The notes under the pieces were generated by a model. That model was given only the letters and a program-made list of their open reading frames with translations. It ran no database searches and was not told where the DNA came from. The translations under genes were made by a program, and so were the position numbers. Below, piece by piece: positions 44,021 to 60,487 of a DNA stretch of 64,000 nucleotides. Numbering within the stretch: the stretch's first letter is position 1; every line of letters starts with the position of its first letter. Origin of the DNA: the human T2T-CHM13v2.0 reference genome, Homo sapiens; the NCBI RefSeq assembly GCF_009914755.1, contig NC_060947.1. One strand, given 5' to 3'.

Positions 44021-44416
44021 AACATTCAACAAAAAGGTAGAAGAATGTAAATCCCATCTACCATGTTTCTATTTGTATGTAAAAATTAAATATTCACATG
44101 GATGAGAATGAAAGGGTTATCAGGGCAAATGACAGTATTGATTTGTTTTTGTGATAGTGTTTCAGATTTGGGTTAATCCAATCCATTGTCTTCAAAAATA
44201 ATTATATTTAAAGGACAGTTTTCTTTTGTATTCTTTGCAGCAAGAGACCTGAGTTAAAATTCTGACTCTGCCTTACATTGCTGTTTCCCTAACTTCCTCA
44301 TCTCTAAACTGGGAATAATAAATGCACCTATGATTGCTAAGAGGATTAAATAAGCTAGGTGATTTTGAGATCTTAGAACAGTAGTTGGCACACAGTAAAT
44401 GCTTTGTTTGCTGTTA

Positions 44417-44839
<423 letters not shown>

Positions 44840-46228
44840 TCAAATGTCACCCTTACAGGTATCTCCAGCTTCATCCTTTTCACCTCTTCCCCATGTGCCT
44901 TCGCTCTGGCCACACCAATTCCTCCTGGTTCTGTACAAGTGCCATGCTGTCCCATGTCCAGAGAATTCTGTTGGAAATGCCTTTTCCAGACCATGTCACT
45001 TTCCTACCTTGCTAACTCTTACTACTCATCATTGAAATTTCAAATGTCACCTCCCCTGAAAATACTTCCTGTTCCCCCCCAGTCTGTTTAGAAGCAGCTA
45101 CCACCTCATCCCATAGAATCCCATGCAGGCTGTATCATGCCACACTCCAAATCACGAACGTACCAATTCCCCCATCAGTAGTGGGCCCCTCAAAGGTAGC
45201 AGTGACAATGTTTGTCTCTGGACCCCAGCCTACAGCAGAGAACCTGATGAGAGTCAATACTTAATCCTGATTTATCTGGGGATTACATTCATAAATCAAC
45301 AAGATAAGTAACTTAACTGACCCAAAGTCATTCAGCTAAGTAGGTGGCAGGGCCAAAATTCAAACCCAGCTCTGTCTGACTCCAAAGGCTACTACTTTCC
45401 CCCAACCATCTGGAAGTTCTATGGCTGCCCTTGGAGTAGCTGCATGCCTGAGGGAACTCCCAGAGGCACTAGACCAGCTCCAGCCAGAATGAGCTGGTCA
45501 GCAGAGACCAGGAGAAATAAATGCCTCCTTTCTGGGAGTATCAACCACATGACATTTGCTTTATCAAGGGACTTTCCCAAGAAAATCAATTTCTGGAGCA
45601 TGTTAAAATACAAACAAACCACCACCCACCCACCCACTTCTTAAAGACAATTAGTCCAAAGAGATCTTAGAGAATTCAGACAATTCCACAATGTTGAGAG
45701 CACCATCTGATCATGTGAACTTTGTTTTCCCTAACCAAGCATTTTTCTACAGAATTTTGATTTTAAATTTGGTTTCACTGTGAAATGTGCATCCCCATTC
45801 TCTATTGTTTCACCCATGGCAAACCTGTGTGCACAGCCGCGGATACCCGGATACCCTAGGGATTCTTGCCATAGGCACCATTTGAGATTTGCTCTTGTGG
45901 CTTATGATGATGTTACCAGAATCCCTTGATAACAGTGTTTATATCTATTTATAACTGTAACCTATTATCCTATTTTCCATATAATTGGATGCGATCGAGG
46001 TTAAAAAAAATTCAGCTGCATAAGAAAAGTCATGCTTTTACAGAGCAGATGTTTGCTCAGCATGGAAAGTAAATTAACCTTTAACACAAATGCCCAGAAA
46101 CACATAAGCACTCTTTCCAAAAGCACTGATGTTAATATTTTATAATGAAAAATAATTTAAAGATAAAGGATATTAAACATGCAAGGGAAGTAACCATAGA
46201 TGGTTTTTAAAATAGGTATTCATTTTAC

Positions 46229-46334
46229 CTCTTTAAGGTATGATGCTGGTTGCAATTCAGGCACTGGATTCTTTCTCCAGTTCAGGGCAGAGAAAAATGA
46301 CTTATAATCTATTTGTTTTTCACTGTCTTCAAAC
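46229..46334 (-). CDS. EFHC2: EFHC2 penultimate coding exon, 106 bp, phase 2-0
   Basis: Acceptor atattttcag|G and donor GAG|gtaaaa. Encodes (R)FEDSEKQIDYKSFFSALNWRKNPVPELQPASYLKE. Confidence 0.93.
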
Positions 46335-48034
46335 CTGAAAATATAATTATAATATATAATTTGACTCAATCTGCAGAATTCAAGACCAAAATGTCAGTTT
46401 CAATTTTATCATGAAAACATAATACCATATATGCTTCAATATCTGATAGTTTTCTTATTTCTTACAATTTCTTATTGCTTCTGACCCTCCAGAATGTAAA
46501 TTCTTTGAGCGGGGATCTTGCCTATCTAATTCATCAAAATATCCCCAACAAGATCAGTGCTGGCACTTAGTAGGTGTTCAATAAATACTTGTTGTAGTTG
46601 CCACAGACGCAAATTTGCTCATTCAGTAATGAAGACTATAGTGAAATTTTGTTAAAAAGATTTAAAGGTCCTTTTAGTTTAATGGTTGATATTACATGTC
46701 AGCAAAATAGAATGTCCTTATATTTCTTCAATTGCATACCTTTTAAATCTTTAAGGCAAGCTAGATTCATTTTTCTACCAGTATATGTTTTGAAAAAATA
46801 AAAGGCATCTTTATCATTTATTATGTAGCCATTAAAAGGGGTTATTTAGATCCAAATTTGCTATCGTATAAATATGTTCTTGATACACGGTTAAGTAGAA
46901 AGGAGGCTGTAAAACAGTATGTAGAGTTACAATCCCACTTTAGGTTTATATATTAAAAAACAGAAAAAATATGGTAGCAATAGACTTACATATTAAGAAT
47001 AGATATCTCTGGGAAGAGAGATTCTGATTTTTGATTTTTCTTTAGACTTTTGTGTATCATCTGAATTGTTTTAAGTTTATAATCAGAAAAACTTCAGCTC
47101 ATTTTCATTTTGAACAAAAATTAACAAATGATTATTCTGTACCAGAAAAATATAGGTCAAAATAATGAATCTCTTTGACCACTATTTCCTAATTATGGAT
47201 ATTAGATAAAATTCTTCCTTAACCATAATAGAGATTTGGCCATGAAGATACAGTAATTTCAACACAATTGCTACAATGACCTAAACACAAAATTACTTAG
47301 TGTAATGCCTCAATGCCACCTATCCTAAATTTGATCACATTCTGCCAGTTTTTAAGGCTAATTATCATGTAACACCAGTTTTTGAAGGAAAATACAAAGT
47401 GGTCACTAGACATTGTTCCAGGCACCCTATTCCAGGATCCTGCCCTTAAAATATACTCCTAATCAGTCCAAAGATTTTTCTCTTTTCTTCTCAAAGTACT
47501 AAAAAATTAATAGCTTATATTTATAAACTAATAAAAATTAGCAGCAATAAATTAAATGTTACAAGCTGAAGTCACATAGCCTCATCAATCTAGACAAAAT
47601 GGAATAAACAAAGTGACCAGAAGAGGGGAAAGGGGAATTCTGTAATTCTTTTGTGTACATTTTCTTTGGCCAAGGATTCTAAGATACAATTCCAATATGC
47701 TGCCCCCTACCCACTGTTTACCACCCTTTAAATTATGGCTCACTAGTCATTTCAACTCCTTTAAAGGACATACTCTGTTTATGGAAATATTTATAGCCAA
47801 AATGTAGGACCATTATTTCTTTTATTTGTGTATGTTTTGGGGGAAGAATGAAAACTCAATTAAAGATGTCTCATAATAAACTTTTTTTTAGCACAGAGCC
47901 TTGAAAGAAAGTATTTCCTAATATCCTGAGTAGGAGCTAAGGTCAAAGAATGAGATCATGTAGGACCTTTGGCTTTTATGCTGAGGAAAACTAAGAGTCA
48001 CTAGGGCATATTATACAGAAAGGTTATGAGACCT

Positions 48035-48404
48035 TCAATGTTCTGAATGTTTGTGTCCCCTCAAAATTCATATATTGAGGCCTCATCAATGTGATGATAT
48101 TAGGAGTTGGGGCTTTAGGAAAGGTGATTAGATAGTGAGGGCTCTGCCCTCATGATGACATTAGTGCCCTTATATTAATTAAAGAGACCCCAGAGAGCAC
48201 TCTTGCCCCTTCTGCCATGTAATCCTGTAAGGATTCAGAGAGAAGGCATCATCTGTGAGCCAGGAAGTGGGCCCTCAGCAGACCCAAATCTGTTGTCATC
48301 TTGGTCTTGGACATCCCAGCCATGAGAACTCTGAGCAATGAATTTCTGTTGTTTATAAGCCACCTAGTTTACGGTATTGTTATAGCAATCTGAACAGACT
48401 AAGA
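48035..48404 (+). mobile_element. MLT1A-like MaLR LTR inserted in an L2 (about 47940-48920)
   Basis: ctgaatgtttgtgtcccctcaaaattcatat...tttctgttgtttataagccacc...gaacagactaaga. Confidence 0.85.
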
Positions 48405-49069
48405 AGGGACTTATGATATTTTTAAAAGATCACTCTGACTGATACATTCAGAGTAGAACACAGAGGGCAAGGCAGAAGTGGCAAGGACAGTTAGAAGTCC
48501 CTTGCAGGGATCCAGATGAGAGATAACGGCAGTTTAGATGAGGGTGGTGGCACTGGAAGGCAGTGAGGAGTGGCCAATTCTGAATATATTTTGAATGTAG
48601 GATTCCTAAAAGACTATATATATTATGTAAGAGAGAGAGGGAAAAAGAGAGTATTCAGGATGACTCCAATGCCTTTGCTTGAATAACTGGAGCAATGGAG
48701 CTGCCCTAACTGAGATGAGAAAGACTGTAGGGGCTGCTGGTTGGAAAGATCATGAGCTCAGTTTTAGATATGCCACATTTGGATGGAAAGTGAGCAAGTG
48801 GGGCTATGAGTCTGAAGCTCAAGGAAGTAGTCCATTTGAAGATATAAATGTGGGAGTCATTAGCCATATGGAAGGTATTTAAAGCCAAAAAATTGGGAGA
48901 CTTGAGGAGATCATCAATAAAATAAGTTTCTCTATCTGTTCTTAAAGTACAGAATTTGTCAGTAAATTCCCATTACATCAATTATAAGAGGCACTTACTC
49001 AATCCTAGGGGTTTCAGAAGTATAGTATCCTGGTAATCTGGGAACCAGTCAAAGACTACCAAATAAATC

Positions 49070-49625
49070 TAGGATCACATCAGACTTCACTCCTCATATA
49101 CAATCCACTAAGCAGTCCTGTGGGTTCTACCACTGTAGCATATAACAAGTCTATCTATTTCTCTCCATCTCTTTTACCACTCCCTAATTCCAAGCCACTA
49201 TTGTCTCTCATCTGGATTATAGCAATAACTTCCTGTCTTGGTCTTGCTACTTCTACTCTTACCTAGCAGCAGACCATCCTCCACCACAGTGCTCTTTCTA
49301 AAACACAGATCAGATCAATCACTTTCTTGCCTGCAATCCTCCAGTGGCTTCCCAATCCACTTAGAACACAAGCTAAACTCCTTATCAGGGTTTATAAGAC
49401 CCAACTTAATCTGGCTGCTGATGGCCTCTCTGATTACATCTCCTCACTTGAAAACTCTCTCTGTTTACAATGTTTCAGGTATACTAACCTTCTTCTGGTT
49501 CCTTGATCATGCCAAGATTGCTGGCAGAAATGCAAGGCATTTGCACTTCTGGTCCCTTTGTCTGGAAAGTCCCATTTCAAATGTTGCTTCCTTAGAAAGT
49601 CCTCCTGAAGTTCCTCTTATCTGAG
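49070..49625. mobile_element. L2 fragment
   Basis: tccaagccactattgtctctcatctggattatagcaataacttcct...atcctccagtggcttccca. Confidence 0.75.
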
Positions 49626-50557
49626 TCCCTATGCCTGAATTTGCATTTGCCCTAGATGATGGCTCTGGAACTTACTGGAAAATTTCTGGAAGTCACCACA
49701 CGAAGTCCTATCATTAAATGTTGTTACCACTAACTCTGATATTTACTTGTTACCTCATAACACCCAGTCTTCCTTCCTGCCCAGTTCATATGTCAGACTC
49801 AAAACATTGAACCATTTATCCATTTAGGGGGACATTTAAGAAGAATATTTAGGAATCAAATGATATTCAGGAAGGTCCACTGAATAAAAGTATACATAGC
49901 TCAGAAATAATGTCTAAAAGTTTTTTGAGAAAAAATGCTTGAACGAGTTCATCTTTCCAAAATCCCAGAGCCAGGCCTAAAGGAAGAGTTGTGGTAATGT
50001 GGTAAAATACTCCAAGTTTTTCTTTTCAGTTCTGTCTTAGAGGATCTCAGTGTGTGTGGGAATCCCCCCAAGAGGCACAAGGGAGAAAAGAACAAAGGAT
50101 ATTTCAATTAAAAGGAATAAAACTAGCTCATGTTTCTTGGAAGAATTCTTTGCTCTTGGGAAGTAGATAGGGTTGCAGTAAATCACGATGAATCAATCAC
50201 AAGTATTTCTCTCCCTTTTCCCCAAAATCCTACCAAAATGACCAAAAAACAATAAAAATAGGTTATAACCCACAATGACAAAGAGAATTGGAAAAAAGAC
50301 CACGGTAGAGAAGAGACGTCAAACTCTTTTCAAGATGAAAAGTAAACAGAGGATTGGTAACTAACTTGGCAGAGCTGAGGAAGAGAAGCTGAACCCTAAA
50401 TGTCCCTGTCAGTGGGGAGAGGGCACTCAGAGTCCAGTCGATTTGGCCCACAAAATTCCTGGGAGACTAAGTGACTGCAGACTCCAGGTGCCAATAAAGG
50501 CAGGAATATGGTGTGGCACTGAAAACACGGATTGTTTGAAAGCCTTTAGAAAGCGGT

Positions 50558-50857
<300 letters not shown>

Positions 50858-51469
50858 GAAAGCAAGAGCAACTGAACAGCCAAGTATCTTCCTCCGTACT
50901 GTGCTCCTCCCTGTAGAGACCAGAGGCTTGTTCTCCAGAGAAATTCAATGAAAGAAGCTCCAGTTTGGGGAGAGGAGGCAAAATGGAGTGCAGAGGTGAG
51001 GGGCGGTCAGGTGCCTTCCTTCCCCTTTTCTATTCCTAGAATACCAGTGGCCATGCGTAAACTCTCCCTTTCCCCATCACAACCTCCCTCCTATCTTTGC
51101 AGGAGAAGATAGGATTCTTCTCTCCACACTCTGAATGGTTCCAGAGAAATCTCCAGATTCCAGCTTCTGGGGATTCTCTAATAAAATGAAGGCTCAGGAG
51201 TTGACTGGGTAGTGAAATCCACTAATCAACAAACCCCTTCCCCTGACCAAAGCATCCAACATTAAAGACAGAAGCCAAAACAGCAACAGAAAAAAAAACA
51301 AAAAACAAAAGGAACCAAAGGCAATTCAGGGAACACAGGGAAAGATGTGAGATATGAGGATGTATTACATTCCTGAAAAAAGAACAGAAGACTACAAGAA
51401 AGGAATATCTGGATGAAAAACGTGCTCTTGGAATTAAAATTTTTAATATGATAGTAAAAGATGCAGTAG

Positions 51470-51882
<413 letters not shown>

Positions 51883-52011
51883 TTAAAATCTTAGCAATAG
51901 GAGTTCTCATAATAGAGAAGAAATTATTAAATAATTAATAGAAAGTTTCTCAGAACCAAAGGACAGTGACTCCAAACTAGAAAAGCCTATAGGGTGTTAA
52001 GCACAATGAAT

Positions 52012-52075
52012 CTATATATAGCTACACATACACACACACACACACACACACATACACACTCTCTCTCTCTCTCTC
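52012..52075. repeat. Compound (TA)(CA)n(CT)n microsatellite
   Basis: Visible directly. Confidence 0.9.
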
Positions 52076-55000
52076 ATCATGAACTTCCAGAATACTAGGA
52101 ATAAAGAGAAGATCCTAAGAGCATTCCAAAAGAATAAATAGCAATGTAAATCAATATTAAGCTAAATTTTCAGTCACTATAACAGGAAGTTAGCAGACAG
52201 TATCTGCAAATGATCAATTATGATATCATGTGCAGTGCACTCAATATGTACATGCTATTTTAAATAGCAGAAGCAGCTAGAAGTGCTGAAAGTGGCTTCT
52301 TCTTGTGAATGGGTCTGGGGGGTGGAGAAGAATGTGGCCAGAGACTGCTGTTGTTGAAATAAGCTTTTTAGAATGATTTGATAATTTTTGACTATCAACA
52401 TATGTCAGTTTGATATGAAGAAAATTTTAAGGAGTGTAAAAAGCAGATGAGAGACTCTGAGACATGATTTTCCAGGTAGTAAACATGTAAAAGTCAGATG
52501 TGGAAAGAAAGAAGTGCTACTAGTCAGGAGTATATTCAGGAGGAATGAGTCTCTCAGTTTTCCTCCCTGCTCCAAAATTCTGCCCGTAGCTTCCTGGGCC
52601 ACTGACATAGGGTGATTTTTCATGCCATCATTTGTTATTATAACATGCACTCTATACACCATGCTTGTTAGATGAGGTTGTAAGGAGAGAATCAGGACAT
52701 AAGGAAGATCTCCAGTCCTAACAATAGTATAGGTCAGAGGAGGAGGAGGAGGCAGGGGAAGCAGTTCAGAGACAAAGGTCTGAATATTACAGGAGTGAGA
52801 ACAAATCAATCAGTCAGTGACTAGAGTTACCCCTGAAGGTTATCTCCCCAAGTCCCCCATCACAGAGGCCTCCCTCTGTCTCATGGCTAGAAGCATCATT
52901 TACCAAATCCTAGCCATCCTTTCAAAATAATCTGGAAAAGCCTATGAATCATATAGAAGATAAATCTCCTTATTTCATGGCCATGCTGTGCTTTCCATAA
53001 AAAAAAAAAAAGTGGTCCCAATTCTCCACCTGAGTCCCCTGCTTCACTCCTCTCCAAACGACATTGGCTCTTGTTAAAACTCTGATCCATGGTCAAAGGA
53101 CAAAGATTTGCCACTCTGGAGGAAATTCTTTTCAAAAGGCTTTGAAAAGCAATTCCAAAGAAGAACTTTCTATGGCCACATTGTTGGAATCAGTGTGCAG
53201 CCTTCCAGGGTGACTGCCCTAAAGGGCAGCACTAATTCTGGCTTTTAAGTGTTTCTACGCTTGTTAAAAAGTCAGCCTTCTTACTTTCAAGTCCTAGCTC
53301 ACAGTGCGAAAGTGTTTTCCTAAAACCTCCATAAATTCTTCTTTCCCTCTGATACTTGCGAATCCACCATTTTCTCCACTACACAAACTCAGAGACATGT
53401 TGTGGAAAAAGGGGGAGGGAAGGCAATTCCTCTGGTTCCTTTCTAGATAATACGACCCCTCGAACATGCTTCCTGATGTCATGCTAGGTGGGAGTTCTTA
53501 GAACTGAGTCTGATGTGATGTTTGACTGATGTTCATACTCCCCCTCCCCAAAATGATAAATGGCTTGAAAACCACAGAAGCCAAGAAGCCATCCATCTTC
53601 TTGCTACGGGGAATAATCCTGAACTGCTCTATTTCCACCCTTGATAGAGGTAAAAGGCTCAGTGGCAGCTGTATTTTGCTGAAGAGGAGCCTTCTTCTCC
53701 TCTATTGCAAAGGTCACCTCATCATTTAGGGGAATGGTCTGGAAGGGAGAGAAGACGGTGAAGATCCATTTTTGACTCAGTTGTATTTGGTTTCAGTCCA
53801 TTACCCAACGAACCCAGGGGTGCATCTTGAAACACCTGGTAAAAGTCGTCAAGGCCAGACACTTGAGAAGAGATGGAGCTCTGGGCCTCTGCGTCAAGTT
53901 GCCAACAAGTAATTCTGGTTATCTCTAAATAGTCATGCCTCTAAATTCCAATTCTGACTCCAGCACAGATCTCTGGTGAGGTGGGTCACAGCTGCCAGGT
54001 AAGGCCTGTACATAGAGTCGATACTCTGTTTGTCCATATGGTTTGGGATTTAAAAGAAAAATCTTTTCAACTAGAAATCCCCTTATATTTGAAAAGGTAG
54101 AAAGCATCTGGGTGGGTGGATGGGTCTGACAAAGAGACAGAGAGAGTGAGAGGAGAGAGCACACAAAGGAGGAAAAAGGGAGAGACAGAGAGACAGAGAG
54201 AAGGGGCTTCTCTGTGAAAACTTCATCAGTACACCAAACACTCTGCCACAATAACTACCACATGGCTCAGCCCTTGCCCTTCAGCCTCACTGCCAGGTAT
54301 TGTTGGGTGAAATCACAGGAGCACTAACCGTGCCTCTGGGAGCAGGGCAGGGGGCAAGGCTGGGTAGACTATAATGAGATGATTTTAAAGCCCTGTTAAC
54401 TTTTTCCATTTTAACTGATATTTCTGGATGAGGCACCAGCTCTCTTGGGAGGCCAGTTCTAAGGCATTCCATGGAACCCAAAGCCAACTATAAAAGTCTA
54501 GCTCAGGACAGAGCTGCTGGGGAAAGAGTTGCACTTGAATCTCTAGTTATTCCAAGTCTAGATTCAGAAGGCCACAATTAGGGGAGAAGGCTGCCTCTTT
54601 CCTTCCCAGTCCCATGAAGAATACAGAATGGAATGGCTTCAGAATTCCCTCTACCTCTTATGGTCTAACAATCAGAATTTTTTGCTTATTATTACAGAGG
54701 AATATGAATATCCAAATGAAGGCTCAGAGGGGTTGAGTAAATGCCCAAGAATCGCATGGTCAGGAAACAGTAGAGTTGACCTGCAGAGGCAGGAGCAGCT
54801 CTGGTGGACACCGAGCCCATGTTTTTCTACCCCATGTCCAGTGCGTTAGCACAGGACAAGTCTTTGAGGCTGCAAAAATGAACGAGATCTAGTCCCTACC
54901 CTCAGGAGCTCAGATAGAGGCAAAGGTTTAGAGTATCTTAGGCAGTTGTAGTTCTACTTCCATTAGAGGCTCATCTTGGCCTGGAGCACAGTCTTTCAGT

Positions 55001-56444
55001 GAGAGACTCTCAGAGTTTATACTTATGAAATGAGGAATAATGCCTACTGCCAATTAAAATGTACCTTTTAATATGCTCAAAAATTTACAAAATATTCTAA
55101 GGCCCTTAGCACTACATCAATACAAAGTATCACTCCTATTATTAATGGATAATCGCTACCACTATATAGAACATTTAAGTCTGATGCTCTGTGCATTAAT
55201 GAAATGAATTTGCTTGGTAAGTAAGGTGACCTTATACCAGCTCCCACAGCACAAACTGACAGGGGCTGAGGTAACCAGGTACAAAAAGGTTTTGAAGTCC
55301 TGATTCCAGTTTGAGTTATGTTAACATAATAAGGAAAAGATCAAGCTGAATTATAAGAAAAATGGGAATGGAGTAGAAGGAAAATCCTGGTACCAAAATA
55401 TAGGGTTAGGAGAAATACATGGGTAACAATTACTGGGTGAAAGAAAGCATCCAACCCTTTAGCCATATTGTTTTTCATCTCCTGATCTGAATTTACACAG
55501 CAGGGTTACACGGCTGCTCAGCAGCTGCCCAGCTCCATTCCAAGGCAGGTAAAACTATTCCTGGGCAAGAGCATGCATTGAACAAAATCAACAAGCTCCA
55601 TGCCTGCCTCCCACGGGAGACTGTAGACGTCAGAGGGGGCTCTGGCTTAGCGTGCCATAAGGAGGGCTGTGCAGAAAGAGACTCTGGTCAGGGCTCTGTA
55701 AAGCCCTGTGGAGTCTGTGGGGAACAATAAGAATGCAGAATATAAATGTAAGCTGCAGGCTGATGGGCCCATTAGGAATTAGGGCAGTCTTTGAAAGGAA
55801 TCTGCAGAGATGATGCAAAACACTAAGCATGTGACCCAAATCATGGCAGGGCATATTGGAGGGAGAGGGGAATGGGAATGAGACATTTTCTAATCTGATT
55901 AGTCTGAAGTTTCCCCTGAGTGTGGAGAAGGGTCACTGCACAATTAGAGGCAAAGTTAGACTGAACATGGTCTGCTTAGCAGCTGAGCGGGATGACCTCC
56001 TCAAAGCTAAGCTGGGCTTGGAGACAGATGTGTTCAGAGACTGAGATGACTTCGAAGCAAGTTCTGAAACAATCTTTTTGCATTTAATGTCAAATCGTAA
56101 AGGCAAAGACAAAACAGTCTGCTGAGAGAATGAGAGGATGATGACTTGGTGGCCTCAGCACTGGATAAGAAACATGTAGGTCCTCCAGAGGCCAGGCTCC
56201 CACATTACTGGACTTTCCAGGACAACTCATCCTTAAGACCATCAAAAGATAATCTAATAAACATCCACAGCTTCCTGACTAGAAGACAGCTTAATGTGTG
56301 AAAGGCATTCAGATCCAATTGTTGAAAAACATGGCTTCCTCTACATAGAAAGACACAGGTTTCTTCCAGTTCATTTCTAAGTCTGAGTGTGTGGTCTATG
56401 GTCCCTGACTTAAATTTCTCTCCTAGTCCTCAATCAATTCTTTG

Positions 56445-56600
56445 CACCAGGTACTGTGCTGGGTACTTTATGTATGTTATCTCAATTAATCCTCTGAACC
56501 ACTAGGAAATAGGTACTGTTACGTCATTCGAGAGATAAGGAATCTGAGGTTCAGGCAGGTCAAAACCCTTGCACAAGATCACACAGCTAATAAGTGGACT
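56445..56600 (-). mobile_element. MIR
   Basis: ccaggtactgtgctggg...gataaggaatctgaggttcag...aagatcacacagctaataagtgg. Confidence 0.75.
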
Positions 56601-57759
56601 CAAAGAATTTAAGAGATGGGAGTGGAGGAGGGGGGTAAAATTGTCAGGATGTGACAACCCATTGGTTATTTATAGGTGGTAAATCACACAGAAGCAGTGT
56701 CTGCATCTGAATGAATCGAAGTTCAAGTCACAACTCTTCATTCCAAGGTAAGGGATAAAGAGACACATAAATAGCACTGTGAGAATTCTGAGCAGGAGAT
56801 AATCACTCTGATTATCAGCCAAACGAATGCAACAGAGCTTCATGGATATGGTGCCACTTGAAATGGGTCTTGAAGGAAGAGCAAGCTTTCAGCAAGTGAA
56901 AACCATTGGGAGCTATTGCCTACTGATGAAATAGCAAGGGAAAAGGCCAAAAAAAAAAGGGGGGGGGAGGGGGAAGGCAGGAGGTATATGTGTAATATGC
57001 TAAACGGCCCATGTGGCTGGACTACTGGGAACAGGAAGGGGAGTTTTGGGAGTGGGGGATGATATCTGTGAAGAACTCTGAGTCCAAGGCCTGCCTACTT
57101 CATCTCAGTTCCTTCACGGCAGGATCCCTCACACGGCTGCTAGCAAATAAAAGCAAATAGAGTTAAACAAAAACAAAATCAAAACAAAACAAATAGAACT
57201 GATAATCTAGAAAATTATTCCAGGTTGATTCAATGCACATACACATCCAACTAGATTTGCCCTCTTCTGGGTTTCCCTCCTGATACCTTGGACCCTAGTT
57301 CCCTGACATAGAATTTGGCTTTATCTGTTCCTTTGGTTTCTCCTTTTGTCTCAAACAAGGACTCCCTACTTCAGACCCTATTTGAGAACAATGCTCCAGC
57401 TGCGAACCCTAAGCCCCACTATGGAGAAGGAGCTTAATTCAAAGTTAAAGAGCTGGTCCTTCCTTAGAGAGCAAAGAGACACCACAGAAGGTTTGTGAGT
57501 AAAAGTGCAATAAGATGACATACATTTTTGCTCTTAGAAGGTACTTAGCTGCTATATGTAAAGATGGATTTAAACATTTAGACACTGGTGGATGAAAGAC
57601 CAATGTGGTGGCACCGCAGTATTTAAGAAGCAATGTGGGTCAGAACAAGAATGATGATAGTGGAAATGGAGAGGAGAGAGTAGAAGCAAGCAGTAAGGAG
57701 GAGGTAGAACTGTCAAGACATCCTAATCTACTGGCTATTTGTAGACAGTAACTCAAAAT

Positions 57760-57985
57760 GATTAGAAGCAGAGGATGTGCATTTGAAAAGTTCAGGATTC
57801 AAATCAGAGCTCTTCTTCTTCTACACTATGTGACTTTGGGCAAAATACCTCATCTCTCTAAACCTCAGCATCCTTACGTATGAGATAAGAAGGATAACAG
57901 TTTCGACCTCACCAAGCTGTTCTCAAAAAGTAAATGAGATAATATATCCAAAACAATGATCACAATGCCTAGAACACAGCTGAAA
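57760..57985 (+). mobile_element. MIR
   Basis: ctatgtgactttgggcaaaatacctcatctctctaaacctcagc...taaatgagataatatat. Confidence 0.75.
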
Positions 57986-58598
57986 ATGTCAGAATTATCA
58001 AGATATATAAGTCAGAGGAGGAGCTAGAGTGAGTGATGCTATAGGAAGCATAAGAGATGGCCAGAGTCTAGGTGGCTGAGAGGGACATGCCAGGAAATCA
58101 AAAGTCAGGTTCAACAGGAGAACTGATGTGTTTTAGAAAGCAGTTCACCATGCTCTCATTTTATAGCATCATAATCTCTATGTTTTACATCTGGTGCTCT
58201 ATCAGGACAGAGCCCCATGCTAATAACCCTAGGTTCTCTTACTGCATGTCTATAGCTATCAGGAACTGCTGCTTTGAAAAACCTGCCCTGAATTTTACAT
58301 CTAATGTCCTCCTAACCAACAAAGTTGTGTATTTCATTTTGTCCCAGGAATCTGTGGATCTATAAGTGTGTATTCATGTTAAAAAGATAAAATAATAATT
58401 TGTAATAGGCTCTCTAACATTCAAAATCAAGACAAACTTTTCCTTCTGTAACACTTAAATGGAGGCAGGTCACCAATAATATAATCAAAACAGTTAAGGG
58501 TAAATCAAGGGTAATTAAAGGGAGATGTAAAACCAGGAATGGTCCCCCAAATAAAACTATGCAGGACAATCCCTATCAAGAGTGGAACTCTAACTTAC

Positions 58599-58691
58599 CT
58601 TGACAATAAGGATTCTAGAAGATCATCACTCAAAGGTAATCTGGAGGATTTGCACAGCCTTTTAATGTCTTTGGTGGGTAATACATTTTTT
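58599..58691 (-). CDS. EFHC2: EFHC2 coding exon (third from last), 93 bp, phase 2-2
   Basis: Acceptor ttttaatgcag|A and donor AG|gtaagt. Encodes (K)KNVLPTKDIKRLCKSSRLPLSDDLLESLLS(R), in frame with both neighbours. Too short for the ORF track. Confidence 0.93.
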
Positions 58692-60225
58692 CTGCATTAA
58701 AACAACGTAAATGAGCTTTTATATACCTTGTATACCTTTAGTAATAATTACATACTATAGGAAAGAAAATACATTTGTGATGTTTCCTGAGAATGTACAC
58801 ATGGAAGTATGAAAATTGGTATTGGAATTCACAATAAGGAAGAACAGTCACATTTCATTTCATCAACTTTTTCTATTTCAGAGGCCACCAGACTCCATCC
58901 TTACAAAGGCTTTTCCTTCAAGATGCAGATTCTTGGTTGGTGACAGTACAGCCTATTAAGGCTACAGCCACAAGTGTTGCTCTAAGTAATTGATCTGCAT
59001 TCTTGACCACTAGTCAAAAATGGTTCTGATATTTGAAAACATCTCTTAATTTGACAGGCATCTAGAGCCTCCAACACAAGTATGATATGACTTGAGGGTG
59101 TTTTTCTGTTCTTTTCCTTGGACCCAAACCTTATCACCTGGAAGCCCCAGCTGGGGCCTCAATATTCACTTCAATTTTTTCAGATGCTAGCAGTTTTCTC
59201 TAGAGCAGCCCAAAAGTCATTTTCTCCAGTCTTATGGGGGCAAAGACATTCTTGTCCAATGTTCTCATTCAGCCAACACTTTTCCAGGCATCGGGCAAAA
59301 TTAGAACCAACAGGAAAGAAAGTTGGCTCTTTTCTTTGCAATGAGAATGTTTATATCTAGAATCAAAGCTTGATGGATCTGGAAGAACCTCAGGCTATCT
59401 GGTCAAGCAGCCCCATTGTTCCTAAGAAGTGTTCCTTGAATGAAGGAGGGCCACACTTCTCACTCTGGGGAAGGGGGCAACACCAGGGTGGAAGGCAGGG
59501 CCAGGGCCATGCAAAACTCAGGCCACACATCTTCTAGGAAGCTTGGGAAAGCTTAAAGAGTCAAGGAAAAATACCATCTTTATAAAAACTCAAAGAGGAT
59601 GCATTATGGATTAATAAAAAAAATGATTATTTCTAAGACAAACTATGGGACCTACACAGATATTCAGGGAATGCAGTTGGCCACTTGGGTTCAGACTTCA
59701 AGTTTGGGGATAAGGCAAGAAGTCACAAGGAAGAGAGATGGCAGTGGTGTGCAGCAATACGGATTAGAAGCTAGAGCAAGAACTAAGATTTTTCTAATTC
59801 CAGATGAAATCAGTAAATTTATATTTCTCCCCACTGTATAAGGTCTGTAAGATGAATGCAAAAAAAACACATTAAGTTGTTTGCATCCAGTTGTATGTAA
59901 CAATGACTTAATGAAGCTCAACACGCACACAATCAATGTATAAGAAATAGCTTATACTGAACTTCATTATTTTCAAGAAGAAATAATTTCAAAGAAATTC
60001 TACAGAATGTTTGCTTGAAAATTCCATTTTCTATTTATTATAAAAGTTACATTTATAAATCCCCATCAGTACTAAAATAATGTAAAAAGACGACATCTCA
60101 GAATTAACCCTCCTAACATTTTGATTTACTATGCTTCAGTTGAAAGCTTCTAGAAACAAATGAAAAGAACATGCAAGGGAGAAGCCTATTCTTTCAAAGA
60201 TACAGGGCCTCCCCTATTCCGTCAA

Positions 60226-60487
<262 letters not shown>

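Noticed and set aside
56949-56985. A10 followed by G-runs (possible G-quadruplex)
   Set aside because: Short low-complexity tract in degenerate intronic repeat sequence, with no supporting context.
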